From assembly GCA_964270895.1 (NCBI GenBank), contig OZ185443.1: 64,000 nucleotides of DNA, one strand, 5' to 3'. Source of the stretch: Podarcis filfolensis (Eukaryota). A model generated the notes under the pieces. It ran no database searches and had not been told where the DNA came from. It saw only the letters and a list, made by a program, of their open reading frames with translations. This document shows positions 1-11,804 of this stretch, piece by piece (positions within the stretch are counted from its first letter, which is position 1; each line of letters begins with the position of its first letter). The position numbers and the translations under genes are program-made.

Positions 1-48
1 GCGCCCGGTGCGGCCTGCCCCCCCTGCACCCCCCATGCTACGCCACTG
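1..48. mobile_element. End of a non-autonomous DNA transposon (TIR gctacgccactg, reverse complement CAGTGGCGTAGC)
   Basis: GC-rich tail ending in the recalled TIR at 37-48; truncated by the window edge. Confidence 0.55.
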
Positions 49-149
49 GTGGTGCATTACATCTCTGTTGGTTAGCATTACATCGAAACTTCAAAAATTA
101 AGGTCCTTGTGAACTAGATTTGAGACACACTCTGAAATTGTTTTGAGTT

Positions 150-485
150 TGCACATGATGCTAAGCCAACCCATGACTTCACATGAACACACAGGCTTCC
201 TCTGGTCCTGCTGCACTACAGTGAGCGACGTCATGGTTTGGCTTAGCATGTTGTCTGAACTAGGGCTCATGGTTTATCTTGCACCAGAAAAACCATAAGC
301 TGTAAGCTCAAGAACAAGCCTTGGTTTTACAGCTTGTAGCTTCTCTAGAGCAAGACAGACCAGAAGCTTGGGTTCAGATGACATGGTTAGCTAAACCATG
401 ACTTAGGTCACAGCAGTGCAGCAGCAGGACGGAAGCTGTCCTATCTGGGAGCCTATGCATTTGCACCAAACCATGGTTGGATTAG
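150..485. mobile_element. Degenerate palindromic MITE-like element
   Basis: Nested inverted arms: gcttcc..cctgctgcact (195-217) with agtgcagca..ggaagc (415-436); catggtttggcttagcatg..tctgaac with gttcagatgacatg..aaaccatg; central aagctgtaa with ttacagctt. Confidence 0.6.
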
Positions 486-1524
486 ACCAATTTATGCAAA
501 TCTGTCTGTATGTATGCGTGCATGTGCTCACACCCACCCACATGATATGAATGTAGTATTGAACTAAAGTCTTATTGGTGTCTGCTGGTTATTGCTGCTG
601 GTTGTGTTTCTTACAATACCTTTTAATTGCCTTTTCAATTCATGAAATTTAATTTAATCTGGCAGATATTGGGGTATGTAAATACTTTAAAGGGATGTTA
701 GCTGTAGTCCTACCCCTAGTGTTGACCACAAGGATTTCTGATGGTTTTCACTATATGGCAAGATTGATGGCATAAATTATTTCTCTTATCTCATGGATAT
801 TTTATGTATATAAATATTCTTTCTAACGGGGTCAGGAATATTTATATATATATTTAATGAAACAAGAGAATTTCTAGCTTGCCCTTTAAATTCTTTTCTT
901 TTTGTAAACGGCTTTGAGGTGGTTGTTTTTACAATCAAGCAGTATATAAATTTTATGAAATAAAACAAACGACAAGTTACAAGGCAGCAACACTACAATA
1001 AAACCAATTCAGCATTGGTTATAACAGCTAATAAAAACACAGCATCCTAAAGCACACAGGGAGCTACAAATAATGAATATCCTTCCGACTGCTTCTTAAT
1101 GTGAACTCCCTGCATATTGCTTTAACTCCAGTGGGACACCACCACTCTGGGAGAGCCGCTTGGTTTACACTGAGGGCCACGCTAAAATATATAATCAGCT
1201 GGAGAACTAGTTGACATAAGCAGCGTATTTGGCATTTTGTTTTCAAGAACTTGCTCATTACTTTGTGTACTGTAATTTTTTCATTATTAATTGTTGGCTT
1301 CACATGTGAGAAACAGAGGTAGACATTTGGGAGCAGTGGAATTGGTAGAGGAATAGTTATTAAAAATGTAGGGTAATAGGTAATTAAGGAGAAGAAACAG
1401 GGTCCAACAGGACTGGCAATTAGACCTGCTGTATAGTTTCCCTTCTGAGTCATGTATGGTGTACAGACCTTCACTTGCTACCCCACTTGCTCTTCCACAT
1501 CACTAATCCCACTTCCCCTTAAAG

Positions 1525-1660
1525 CAGACATAGGCAAACTCAGCCCTCCAGATGTTTTTGGACTACAACTCCCATCATCCCTAACCACTGGCCCTGTTAG
1601 CTAGGGATGATGGGAGTTGTAGTCCCAAAATATCTGGAAGGCCAAGTTTGCCTATGCCTG
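1525..1660. mobile_element. hAT (Buster/Charlie-type) palindromic MITE
   Basis: TIR CAGACATAGGCAAACT...AGTTTGCCTATGCCTG; perfect 8-bp TSD ccttaaag. Confidence 0.9.
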
Positions 1661-1881
1661 CCTTAAAGCTTGCCATACCCACTCAGCTGTCTCCTTTGCA
1701 CTTGCCAAACCACTTCTCTCCTCTTGGAGCTGTTCCTCCATGGTCCTCCCTCCCCACATTGCCTTTTCCTTGCCCTCCAATGCTGCTGCAATGGCCCAGC
1801 AACTCAGAAGGCTGTTGTCACTTGTCAGCACCTCCTGTTGGCAGCCAAGCAAACCGCTGTGTGATGACAGCTTTACCTTAT

Positions 1882-1914
1882 ATACATACATACATACATA
1901 CATACATACATACA
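1882..1914 (+). repeat. (TACA)n microsatellite
   Basis: Direct tetranucleotide run. Confidence 0.9.
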
Positions 1915-3054
1915 GCATTTTTACTGCCCACAGTCTAGAAGCAGAGTTCCAGTTTAAAACAAAACAAAAAACTGTATGCTGCTAAATTACCCACATCAGG
2001 AAGCCACTGATCTCTTACTACTATGGATTTTCTTGGCCCTGAAAACGCTAATGGAAATTGTGGAGTAACCAGCCTCTTAACACCAACATGCTTAAGTCTA
2101 GTTAATGCATGAAGGAGTTAAAACCATTGAGTAAGCTGTCCTGGCAGGCTTAGCTCACCTTGGGAGGGACTAGGTAGTCAAGACTTTGTTTCCCTAGTGT
2201 ACTTGAGAAGCTCAACCACATGGCTCTAAATAATTTAGGAACTTTCAACACTGTAACTAAGCCAGGTTTCACTGCCTGTGCAACTTTTTCTGAATACTGT
2301 ATGGAAATCACATGAATCTGACCTTTGGAGAGTTTGTAGGGAAACAATTTTTTATTTGTGTGATCTTTTTCTATGTGAGGGGAAGAGGAAAACTTTGGAA
2401 GGAACTCACAAGGGCATATTTTAAAGGTCTGAAAACCTATATTTCCACACTTTGCTGCATATTTTGTGATTTTAAATCTCTGCTGGGGTTTCCTCACCCA
2501 AGAGTACTTGCCCCAAACTTGGTTTTTTACACCCAGGAATTCTCCTTTTATACCTATTTTTTCCCCACAGAAATTTCACAGCTTTAGTGGCTTTTCTATC
2601 CTTTTCCAGTCACCCAGTAATTGTTATTCTGTTTCCTACCTCCTCCACCTTTTCTCTATTAAATCCCACCCTACATGGATATAGAAAACCAAAGAACTAG
2701 CCAATACTTAAAAACATCTCATTTGTATTCATCACTGAGGCTTGTGAGAATTTTTTTTTGTTAAGTTTCTTAGCTTGAGCCTTGGTGAAGACTCTTGTGG
2801 TTGCTGGTTACCTCCCCCACCCCACCCCCACCATCAGTATATGTAATATACCCAGATTTTTCAGGCCTTGCTTGGGAAGTCCTACTTAGAAGACTCCAGC
2901 ATTTGCTGAAATAGGCATGCATAATTAAAAAATAAAATAAAACAACCCATTGCCACTAAAATTGCAACTAGTTCTTTGAAATTGCATCAATGAATAGGAA
3001 CTTCCTGTTGCAATGATTTAAAGCAGGAATGGGGAACATATGGCCCTCCAGATG

Positions 3055-3372
3055 TTGTCCCTATTTTCCAGTGACAATCCCGATTTTAAAGAAGCTGTCC
3101 TGGTTTCTGATTTGATCCTGGAATGTCCTGTTTTTCCTTAGGATTTTCACTGCATAAATGTTGGAGGGTATGGAGCTATCTGCCCCTGAGCCATCTGAAG
3201 GCAGCCCTGTATAGGGAAGGTTTTTTAAAAAAAATGTTTAATGTTTTATTATGTTTTTATATATGTTGGAATCCACCCAGAGTGGCTGGGGCAACCCAGT
3301 CAGATGGGTAGCATATAAATAGTAAAATTATTATTATTGTGGAATAGGATGTCCCTATTTTCATCAGTATGC
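3055..3372 (+). mobile_element. Composite non-autonomous element (tgtccctattttcc...aatgttggagggtatg) containing an L2-like 3' tail
   Basis: The gtccctatttt motif recurs at about 3057 and 3352; internal cccagagtggctggggcaacccagtcagatggg...attattatt matches the L2 tail at about 39820-39960. Confidence 0.6.
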
Positions 3373-3397
3373 TCCTGTCCTGCCCAGCACTATAATA

Positions 3398-3639
3398 CAG
3401 TGGTACCTCGGGATACATACGCTTCAGGTTACATATGCTTCAGGTTACAGACTCCGCTAACCCAGAAATGGTGCTTCAAGTTGAGAACTTTGCTTCAGGA
3501 CAAGAACAGAAATCGTGCTCCGGCTGCACGGCGGCAGCAGGAGGCCCCAGTAGCTAAAGTGGTGCTTCAGGTTAAGAACAGTTACAGGTTAAGAATGGAC
3601 CTCCGGAACAAATTAAGTACTTAACCTGAGGTACCACTG
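3398..3639 (+). mobile_element. Tc1/mariner (Tigger/pogo-like) MITE
   Basis: TIR CAGTGGTACCTCGG...CTGAGGTACCACTG, flanked by TA; copies at 35784 and 49967. Confidence 0.9.
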
Positions 3640-3933
3640 TATATATGCACTATCAACTGAATATCTGGCATGTGCCCACCCCCCTTAAGAGGAACAGCTG
3701 TGACTCCATCCCCCTTCCCTAAAGCTGAGCACTGTAGCTGTTATTTCTACAGTCATATACAGCACTGATTGTAATCTATGGCACAGGACAGTACCTGGAG
3801 TAACTTAAAAGCTAACAGTTCCTTTTCTTGGGCAGAAGCCATTGACAAATGGCAAGATGTTTATCAAACAAATGAAAAGGGCCAGGTGGCAATCCTATTC
3901 TTCATTTCTCTTTTAATTAACTCATATTAATAG

Positions 3934-4023
3934 AAGCACACTAATTACATGGAGGCGTCCTCCCTTCACAGGGACTGTAGAAGTGAAGCGAAGGTTGCAG
4001 ACAGTGATATGGTTTTCTGGCAG
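3934..4023 (+). CDS. Candidate in-frame cassette exon in intron 3 (90 nt): KHTNYMEASSLHRDCRSEAKVADSDMVFWQ
   Basis: ttcatttctcttttaattaactcatattaatag|AAG...CAG|gtgagc; phase 0/0, 30 codons, no stop. Confidence 0.35.
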
Positions 4024-4305
4024 GTGAGCATGGTTCTGTAGTCATAGACAACAAACCAGCACGTCCTGTGCTTTCTAAAACCTTTTCTCTTTGCATGCCA
4101 GCTGCCTTAATTATTGTGTGACTCTGTCCTAAAATAAACTCTTTAAGTAGTCCTGATTTTCATAGTAGTCCTGCATTAAACTTGTGTTCATCTTTAGCAA
4201 GCACTCCTGGGCAAACCTTTTGTGTACCAGTATATCCTAAGAGCAGTGCAGTACTAATTTGGAAAAATTGCCTTCTTTTGTCCTTTCACACGCTGTTTGT
4301 GTTAG

Positions 4306-4674
4306 TAAAGGTAAAGGTAAAGGTAAAGGTAAAGGGACCACTGACCATTAGGTCCAGTCGTGACCGACTCTGGGATTGTGGCGCTCATCTCGCTTTACTG
4401 GCCGAGGGAGCCGGCATACACCTTTTGGGTCATGTGACCAGCATGACTAAGCTGCTTCTGACGAACCAGAGCAGTGCACAGAAACGTCATTTACCTTCCC
4501 GCCGGAGTGGTACCTATTTATCTACTTGCACTTTGATGTGCTTTTGAACTGCTAGGTTGGCAGGAGCAGGGACTGAGCAACGGGAGCTCACCCCATCACG
4601 GGGATTCAAACCGCCAACCTTCTGATTGGCAAGTCCTAGGCTCTGTGGTTTAACCCACAGTGCCACCCACGTCC
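4306..4674 (-). mobile_element. Sauria SINE, full length
   Basis: (TAAAGG)n tail at the left and tRNA-like head at the right; TSD tgtttgtgttagta on both sides. Confidence 0.95.
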
Positions 4675-4714
4675 TGTTTGTGTTAGTAGTTCAGTGTAAA
4701 AAAATATGAGATGC

Positions 4715-4804
4715 CATAGCTGTCAACTTTTCTCTTTTCTTGCGAGGAATCCTATTCGGAATACGGGAATTTCCCTTAAAAAGGGGAAAACGTTGACAGC
4801 TATG
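4715..4804. mobile_element. Mini hAT MITE (TIR CATAGCTGTCAAC)
   Basis: TIRs plus near-perfect 8-bp TSD tgagatgc/tgagatga; copies at 37201 and 59069. Confidence 0.85.
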
Positions 4805-6092
4805 TGAGATGAGCCTATATCAGGGAAGGTTTCTCACACAGTGGTAGAATGAATGCAGAGTTTAATGTCCCAATAAACTGAAGCTCATTCCTGGCAATAT
4901 GGGTGAATGGTTCTAACTCGAGGAGGATTACATTCAACCAGTTATGGATGAGGTTGCACATGTCTTGAAAGAGAAGGGGTTGTATCCAATGAAACCAACT
5001 CAACCTGCACAATGGTATTTACTCACCATTTCCTCTCCCCATAGGCTCCCTGCCTCCCCACCTCCAGTTTGCTCTGGAGGATTTGGGGGGTGGGGAGGCT
5101 GTCCACAGTTAGTTCTCAGGTGATGCATGACTTTTTCCTAATGTCTGATCTGGCATGGGTCTCAAAGATATTCTTTATCTAAAAAAAGAGAGCATAATAT
5201 ATTGAGTGACTGTGTGTGGATCAGATAGTCAGCTGATGCTGTGTAGTTAGATTTTGACAATCTGAATTCCATACTACCGAATTTGGAACACCTGTTCTGT
5301 AGCTTTCTTTAAAAGAAAAAAATCCTAATCAAACCTTCTTCTTTTTTAGTAGATAGGCCATTTTTTAGCACAAGGCTATACTATTCATACAGATGTTTTC
5401 TAAGATGTGATGCACTAAATCCTAGATAATTAACATACTTGGGTTTGAAGTTCAAATGATATAATATAATATAATCAGTAATATCAGGAAATGAACTCAT
5501 TGCACTCATTATCTTGTTGCACATTGAGCCTAACTAAACAATCACTCAAGATATGAATTTGTTTTGCTTTAAGAAGAATTAAAACAAATGGGGATAAGTG
5601 GGTTTGATGGGTACAAATATATCCCTGCTACATTTGAGTGGTAAATAGCTCTATGTAGTATTCTGTTTGGAGGTATAAAAAAAACCCTGTGTATCACTTT
5701 TGGCTTCTACCCTAACCCTCAAAGAAGTCCTCCAGTTAGCACTGCAGTGAGAATCAGTTTGGGGTCAACCACAATTGTCTTCTAAGGCTACCCTGGCACT
5801 GATGTGGGATAAGAAAGAGCAGAGCAGCATGACTGACTGATTAGGTCAGCTTTATTCCAATCTGCTATTGTTTTTAAATGATGTGTTCCAAGTGTTGCCA
5901 GTTTTCCATACGAATGAAATGCACACAGTCCTGCTTTGCTGGAATATAGATTGGCAGATCATAGTCTTGGAAATGCTTGCCAGCATTCTTAATTGTTCAG
6001 GCAACTCACAGTATTTGTTTTATGGCACATACACATTCTATGTGTCTGAATATTTCAAAGAAAGGCCACGTTTCTAGATGGATATAGATATA

Positions 6093-7487
6093 CCGTAAAT
6101 TTCGCTCCATAACACGCAGATTTTTCCTCCTAGAAAGTAGGGGGAAATGTCTGTGCGTGTTATGGAGCGAATGCCTACAGATGGCGGGGGAATCTGCTGC
6201 AGTTGTGAGCAGTCCGTGGCTCGCTTTGAAACAGTAAGCGGCTCCTGTCAGCTAGCGGAGCCGGGGAGGAGGGAGAGAAGCAGAGCGGGGTTGGCTGCTT
6301 TAAAACAACCCCATCCTCGTATGTCCCTCTCTCCTCCCCACTGAGCTGCTAAGTAGCAGCAAAGCTTTTCAGCCAGCCTAGCCGGGAGGAGGGAGAGAAG
6401 CAGAGCGGGGTTGGCTGCTTTAAAACAACCCCATGCTCTCTGTCCCTGCCTGCAGTTTTTTGCTGTCCGATTTTGGATTAGCCACTGTAGGGGTTGTGTG
6501 TGTGTGTGCTTGAGCTATCGTTCTCCTCCTCCTGCTTCCCGTTCACTCTCCCTGCGCCCCTGCGCTCTCCCTCCGACTTTAGGATTGACACTCTGTGTGT
6601 CTGTGTGTGTGTGAGAGGGCTCCTTCTCCTTCTCTTGCTTCCGTTCACTCTCCCTGCGCCCCTGCGACTTTAGAATTGACACTCTGTGTGTCTGTGTGTG
6701 AGAGAGGGCTCCTTCTCCTTCTCTTGCTTCCCGTTCACTCTCCCTGCGCCCCTGCGACTTTAGAATTGACACTCTGTGTGTCTGTGTGTGTGTGAGGGCT
6801 CCTTCTCCTTTTCTTGCTTCCCGTTCACTCCCCCAGCACCCCTGTGACTTTAGGGCCAGTTCTCTCTCTGCGTGTGTGTGTGTTTTGACCTCACTGCGCT
6901 TGTTGGGGGAGAGTTTTGGTCGCAATTTTTCTTGATTTGTCTCAGAGTGGTTACTATCATGGTTTCCTTGCCGGGGAGGAGGGAGAGACGCAGAGCCTGC
7001 TTGTTCTAAAGGAGCAAAGCCAGAGAGGAGCCTCTCCTGCATTATTAGCAGCATCCTTCTCCACACACCCCACGCGTGCTCCTTGTCCCTTGAGTTCTTT
7101 TCCTTCCCTCCCCACTTAAAACGTGGTTACAAAGCACGGATCCACATGGATCCTCAGGATTTTTGCACTAGGTCACCCCAAATTCACCATCAGATCACAT
7201 AGCATATCCATGGCTACAGCCTGCACCAAAAAACACACGCACCCACTGTTTCATGGGGCCGCAATGGCGCAAAAACGTGGTTACAAAGCATGGATCCACA
7301 TGGATCCTCAGGATTTTTGCATTGGGCTACCCCAAACTCACCGTCAGATCACATGTCTGTGGCCACAGCATGAACCACAAAAATCATACATCCACTGTTT
7401 CGTTTAGAATATTTTTTTCTTGTTTTCCTCCTCTAAAAACTACATGCGTGTTATGGTCAGGTGCGTGTTATAGAGCGAAAAATACGA
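6093..7487. mobile_element. 1.4-kb non-autonomous Tc1/mariner (Tc2/pogo-like) element with internal tandem arrays
   Basis: TIR CCGTAAATTTCGCTCCATAACACGCA / TGCGTGTTATAGAGCGAAAAATACGA, flanked by TA; internal repeat units of about 121, 90 and 154 bp. Confidence 0.8.
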
Positions 7488-7765
7488 TATTCCCTTTCAG
7501 TTTGAAAATTGCCCCAGAGGTCCAATTCTCTCTCACACACACCACTCCCCCAAGACAGCTAAGGCTGTACATAGAAACTCATAAGCAATTGAAGCCACTA
7601 CACTTTGGAAATGATACTTGATACTTCAGAAATGTGTTCCCCTCCGGAACTGATTATGGGGGTGAGGTGTGGGGCAGGTCAACAAGCTCTGTATGTTTTG
7701 TAAAAGTGGTATGCACAGCACCAAGAGGTTAGTGGGTAGTTGTGCACAGCAATGATTGTCTAGAT

Positions 7766-8197
7766 CAGGGCGGTTCAAATTTTTATACCAAGTGGACCAC
7801 AAGAGTATTTTGACAAGGAGCCTGCGTGCCACATACAGCCTTATTGTGCTGGGGGGGGCGGGGAAAGGGAATGAGCCCAAAATTTTATGCCCTTGAACTA
7901 CCTTCCCAAAGTTGGCTAAGCAAGTGCTTTGGGAAGGAGGCACAAGGCTCTGACAGGGTCCTAGAGCCCTTCCATTTCCTTCCCAAAGCTAGGAAAGCAC
8001 TAGCTAGGCTTTGGGAAGGAGGAAGGAGGACTCTGGGACCCTCTCAGAGTCCTTACACCTCCTTCCCAAAGGCTGGCACCTCCCTTATTTAGCTTTGGGA
8101 AAGTAGTGCAAGGGAGTGGCTCAAACATTGCTGAGGGCCACCAGAAAAGGCATTGAGGGCCACATGAGGCCCTTGGGCCATGTGTTGGACCACCCTG
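7766..8197. mobile_element. Non-autonomous hAT (Buster-type) element
   Basis: CAGGGCGGTTCAA...TTGGACCACCCTG termini; perfect TSD gtctagat; internal CCTTCCCAAAG/CTTTGGGAAGG motifs. Confidence 0.88.
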
Positions 8198-8325
8198 GTC
8201 TAGATGCCGTAGTCCCCCTTCCCTTCTCCCTCTGAATCAGTTTTACAATGGCATATAAATGGGTTGTGCTTTTAAAAAATAAAAATGTGCCAATTGGAAC
8301 TTTCCCCTTAAGGCACACCAATGGG

Positions 8326-8358
8326 GGGTGTGTGTGTGTGTGTGTGTGTGTGCGTGCG
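8326..8358 (+). repeat. (GT)n microsatellite
   Basis: Direct dinucleotide run. Confidence 0.9.
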
Positions 8359-10454
8359 TGGAGGGGGTTATCATGGCAAGGGAAGAAAATCATAATTCAT
8401 CTCATGCTGTGCTCCCAATAACCCCCCCTTCCCTTACACACAGCTGTAATTAATTACAGAAAATGAGGAGGCATAACTGCATGCTATTCATTAACCATAA
8501 CATGTAGTGTGAACCTAAGATTCTGCTGGAATAATACAGTCAGAGCTGGGAATGATCAAAAGGCATCGGCATGGCACAACTGAGTTGCAGATTAAGCCCA
8601 CAGTATGTTTTGAGTTGGGAACTGAATCTTATGACTTGCCTAATATGTATTAAATTTTAAGAATTTCTAATCTTGTAGAATTCTGGGAGCAGAACATTTC
8701 ATAACAAAAAAGTACACATTTGCAAAATACAGTATGAAAAACATGCAATCTGAGTAACTGGGAGATCTAATGTTTGTGTACTGTAGGTTTCAAATCCATT
8801 AAAAGAAAGGATTCTGCCTGTTTTCCTTTGACAAATTTGAAATGTGTGCTTCAGCTGCTACAGGAATAAGCAGGCAGTTTTAAGTCAAACATACGAAACT
8901 TGGCTAATAGCAACGCTCCAGCTTGGGATATGGACAGAAATAATCTCATCTCTCTCTCTGGCCTCAGTGCCAATGAGAGGTCCCTGGCAAAATATTTCAG
9001 ATGAGCAACAGCTAAAGCTGTCAGGCACAACAGTCCAAACGGAGAATCTGTTGCGCTGGAGGGCTTTGGATGAAGCAGAGATGTTTTGCTAGCCTCTGTA
9101 TAATTGCAGGAGGGAAGCCCACTGGCGAGCACCTCAGTGTACTCACCCAAATAACTAGTGAGTGAAAGCTGCCACCAGTAGTATCCCTGCTGGCAGTAGC
9201 CAGCAGAGAACCCCAAAATGGGTGTTTCAGGGTGGGAAGCAGGGCTGGCACAATATCTATGAGAACCCTACTGTTGTCATGTGACAGCATAGAGTCCAAT
9301 TTGGTCCTCCTTACTATGCCAGCCTGCAACTTGGCTCAGTGGAGGGACATTTTTCCTCTTTCCATTCCCTTCTCCACCTCCCATTCTGGCTGGCATGAGC
9401 GCTGGGACTGTGAATGTGACACTGCCTGCAGCGCTCCATTAAGCTCTGCTGCTGCTGCTGCTGCTAGAGGTGTGGGATTAACTGTCCTCCTGTGATACTG
9501 TGGGTCTTAAAGAGGTGATTTTGGGAATGTTTTTCTTGCAGGATTGGAAAATATTCCGGCCCTGGCCAGCAAACCTAATAGCTCTTCCCCGTCCCCCATT
9601 TATACAATATTCACTCTTTGTGGATAGATTCTATAATTGAAAGTCCTTTGGACAGAAATTTAGAGGCCATCAACTTCACCAGCCCATGTATGCAGCTCCT
9701 ACAAAATCCAGAGCTGCAGATGAACCACACAATCTTTTTAGTTCCTGATAGATGCTGGAATTTCCCCCCTGGGGTGGTGGGGGTGTCATCCAATGCTGCC
9801 TTCCTCTGCATTTTCATATCAGTCTCCAAAAGGTCATGCAACACATCGGCCAAGGTGCTGGATACACTCTGAGATCAGTCGATCACAATTGCCAGATTGG
9901 TGACAAGTTTTCCATTGATGGAGCATTCTTTTTATCTTGGCATGTCTAACAGCAATTTTCTTTGGTCCATGCATGTATCTGTCCCCAGCCCTTGCAGGGT
10001 AATCTTCCCCCCTTTCCTCGCAACCTAAATTAAACAGGACTAGGTAAAGAAAAAAACAGATTCTGCCACTAAAGCTCACCATGCCCAGCTGCAGAGGAAA
10101 ATCTTAAATTCTGGTGCTGAATAGAATTCAATGCTAGCTCCAGGTGGGCCTGGCTTGAGAAAGCCCATGGGTGGATGGGACAACCAAAAAGGCCCTTTCC
10201 CTAATCCTAAACCTACACGTTTCTTCCAGAGGGAGCACACTAAGGATGACTTCAGTTAACATGTGTAGAGTCTAGATATCTTCTTGTTGGGAAAGGCAGT
10301 CAGTAAGATACTGTGATCCATTCTTGACACAGTGCATAAACTATGGCTGAAGTAGCTTCAGCTTCAGCTTCTGTTAGCATGACCAGTGGAAAGGGATGAT
10401 GGAAGTTGTACTCCAACATCTGGAGTGCACCACATTGGCTAACCAGAAGCTGCA

Positions 10455-10715
10455 GTAGGCTGCCAACCTAACTTACTTTAAAAAGGGACTAGACAAATTC
10501 ATGGAAGATACAACAGCTAGTCATGATGGCTGTGTGTGTAATACTTCAAATATGGCAGTTGTTGGGCCCATGAGTGGGAGAGTGGCTGTTGCACTCATGT
10601 CATGTGTGCAGGCATCTCATAAGCATCTTGTTGGCCACAGTGAGGGCAGGATGCTGAACCAGATAGGCCTTTGGTCTGATCCAGCAAAGTTCAGCTTAGG
10701 TTTTTATGACCTGTT
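10455..10715 (+). mobile_element. CR1 LINE 3' fragment
   Basis: ttaaaaagggactagacaaattcatggaaga...catcttgttggccacagtgagggcaggatgctg...tctgatccagca, typical of a squamate CR1 3' end (recall). Confidence 0.75.
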
Positions 10716-11149
10716 TATGTGTAATACATTTCACTTGGCAGCTTTCATAGTTCCTGTGTTTAATTGAAATACTGTACTCATGTTTGGGTTTTTGCTGACG
10801 TCCCTCTTTTACATAGTAATTTTCATGTACATATTATTCAGAAACCAATCCAAGGATCATACTGCCGGTGCACACACAACATTTTTTACTTCCTTCCTTA
10901 GCACTTGCATTGCACTGCTTCTGTATGGCAACCTTTACTTGAATGCTATTTTAATACTTTTTTCTTGAGAGCCACGCCACTTTTTGTAGAACACCATATA
11001 CATATAAGGGAAGACAGTGACATGTTGTTTGTTCTAGAGGTATTTCTTTAGTTGGGCCACCATGTTCTGCTTCGAAAAAAGGCATGTGGACTTTGGAATT
11101 GAGAAGTCGCAATGGCCAACCATAAGAAGCCAGAAAAGGAGGACATGAT

Positions 11150-11255
11150 TCTAGCCTTGTCCTCCATGAATTTGTCTAACCCTCTTTTAAAGCCATCCAA
11201 GCTGATGGCCATCACTGCCTCCTGTGGGAAGGAATTCCATAATTTAACTATGTGA
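11150..11255 (-). mobile_element. CR1 LINE fragment
   Basis: tcctccatgaatttgtctaaccctcttttaaagccatcc is the reverse complement of the 10478-10508 motif. Confidence 0.7.
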
Positions 11256-11275
11256 TGGTATGTGACAATAGTTAG

Positions 11276-11804
11276 TGTGGCGTTTGCCCTCCTATGTGTG
11301 TGACATCATATTGGGTTCATAGGGAAAGGGTTAACTAATTGTAAAATGACTAACCAATGGGAACCCAGGGGACAGAGTTAACTGTGTATAAGGTTTAAGC
11401 ACAGAGGGTTTTTTTAGGGAGTTAGAGTTGTTGAGAAGACAGTCTGGAGTTAGGAGAGATGAAGAAGATATGTCTGTGGGTTGGGTTAGTCTGGTGTGAG
11501 AGAGTGAGAGAATTTGTTAAGAGGAGTCAGTCAAACAGTTGATATAATCAGTCAGAAGGTATTAGGAAGGTATAGGCCGGTAAGGAAACTAAAGTTAAGA
11601 TACTGACAGGAATATTATCTGAGAAACCATAAACTTGTTAATGTTTGTAAAATAAACTTATTTTTTTGGTTCACTTTTAACAAATGACTGGACTCAGTGT
11701 TTTACCAGAGAGTAACTGGTTGGTGGCAGCGGGGAAGCGAGCACAGTGGTGGCACAGGGATCAATAGACCGTTAAACATCCGGGGACCCTGTGCGATCGC
11801 CACA
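11276..11804 (+). mobile_element. Solo LTR (529 bp)
   Basis: Inverted termini TGTGGCG...CGCCACA (TG..CA); CCAAT 11354, TATAA 11387, AATAAA 11651 in U3-R-U5 order. No matching TSD found. Confidence 0.7.

Noticed and set aside
4182-4547. ORF with KVKVKVKG, and similar ORFs at 18604, 23932, 46948 and 61012
   Set aside because: Antisense translations of Sauria SINEs.
6515-7066. 183-aa minus-strand ORF, the longest in the track
   Set aside because: It translates the 90-bp tandem array inside a transposon (repeated HTQTHRVSILKSQGRRESE), not a gene.
9021-9853. Minus-strand ORFs with a WD40-like SLLATASRD motif and a protein-like MADVLHDLLETD... stretch
   Set aside because: Single short motif, no other WD40 blade, no continuous frame or splice structure linking the ORFs; I could not assign a family.
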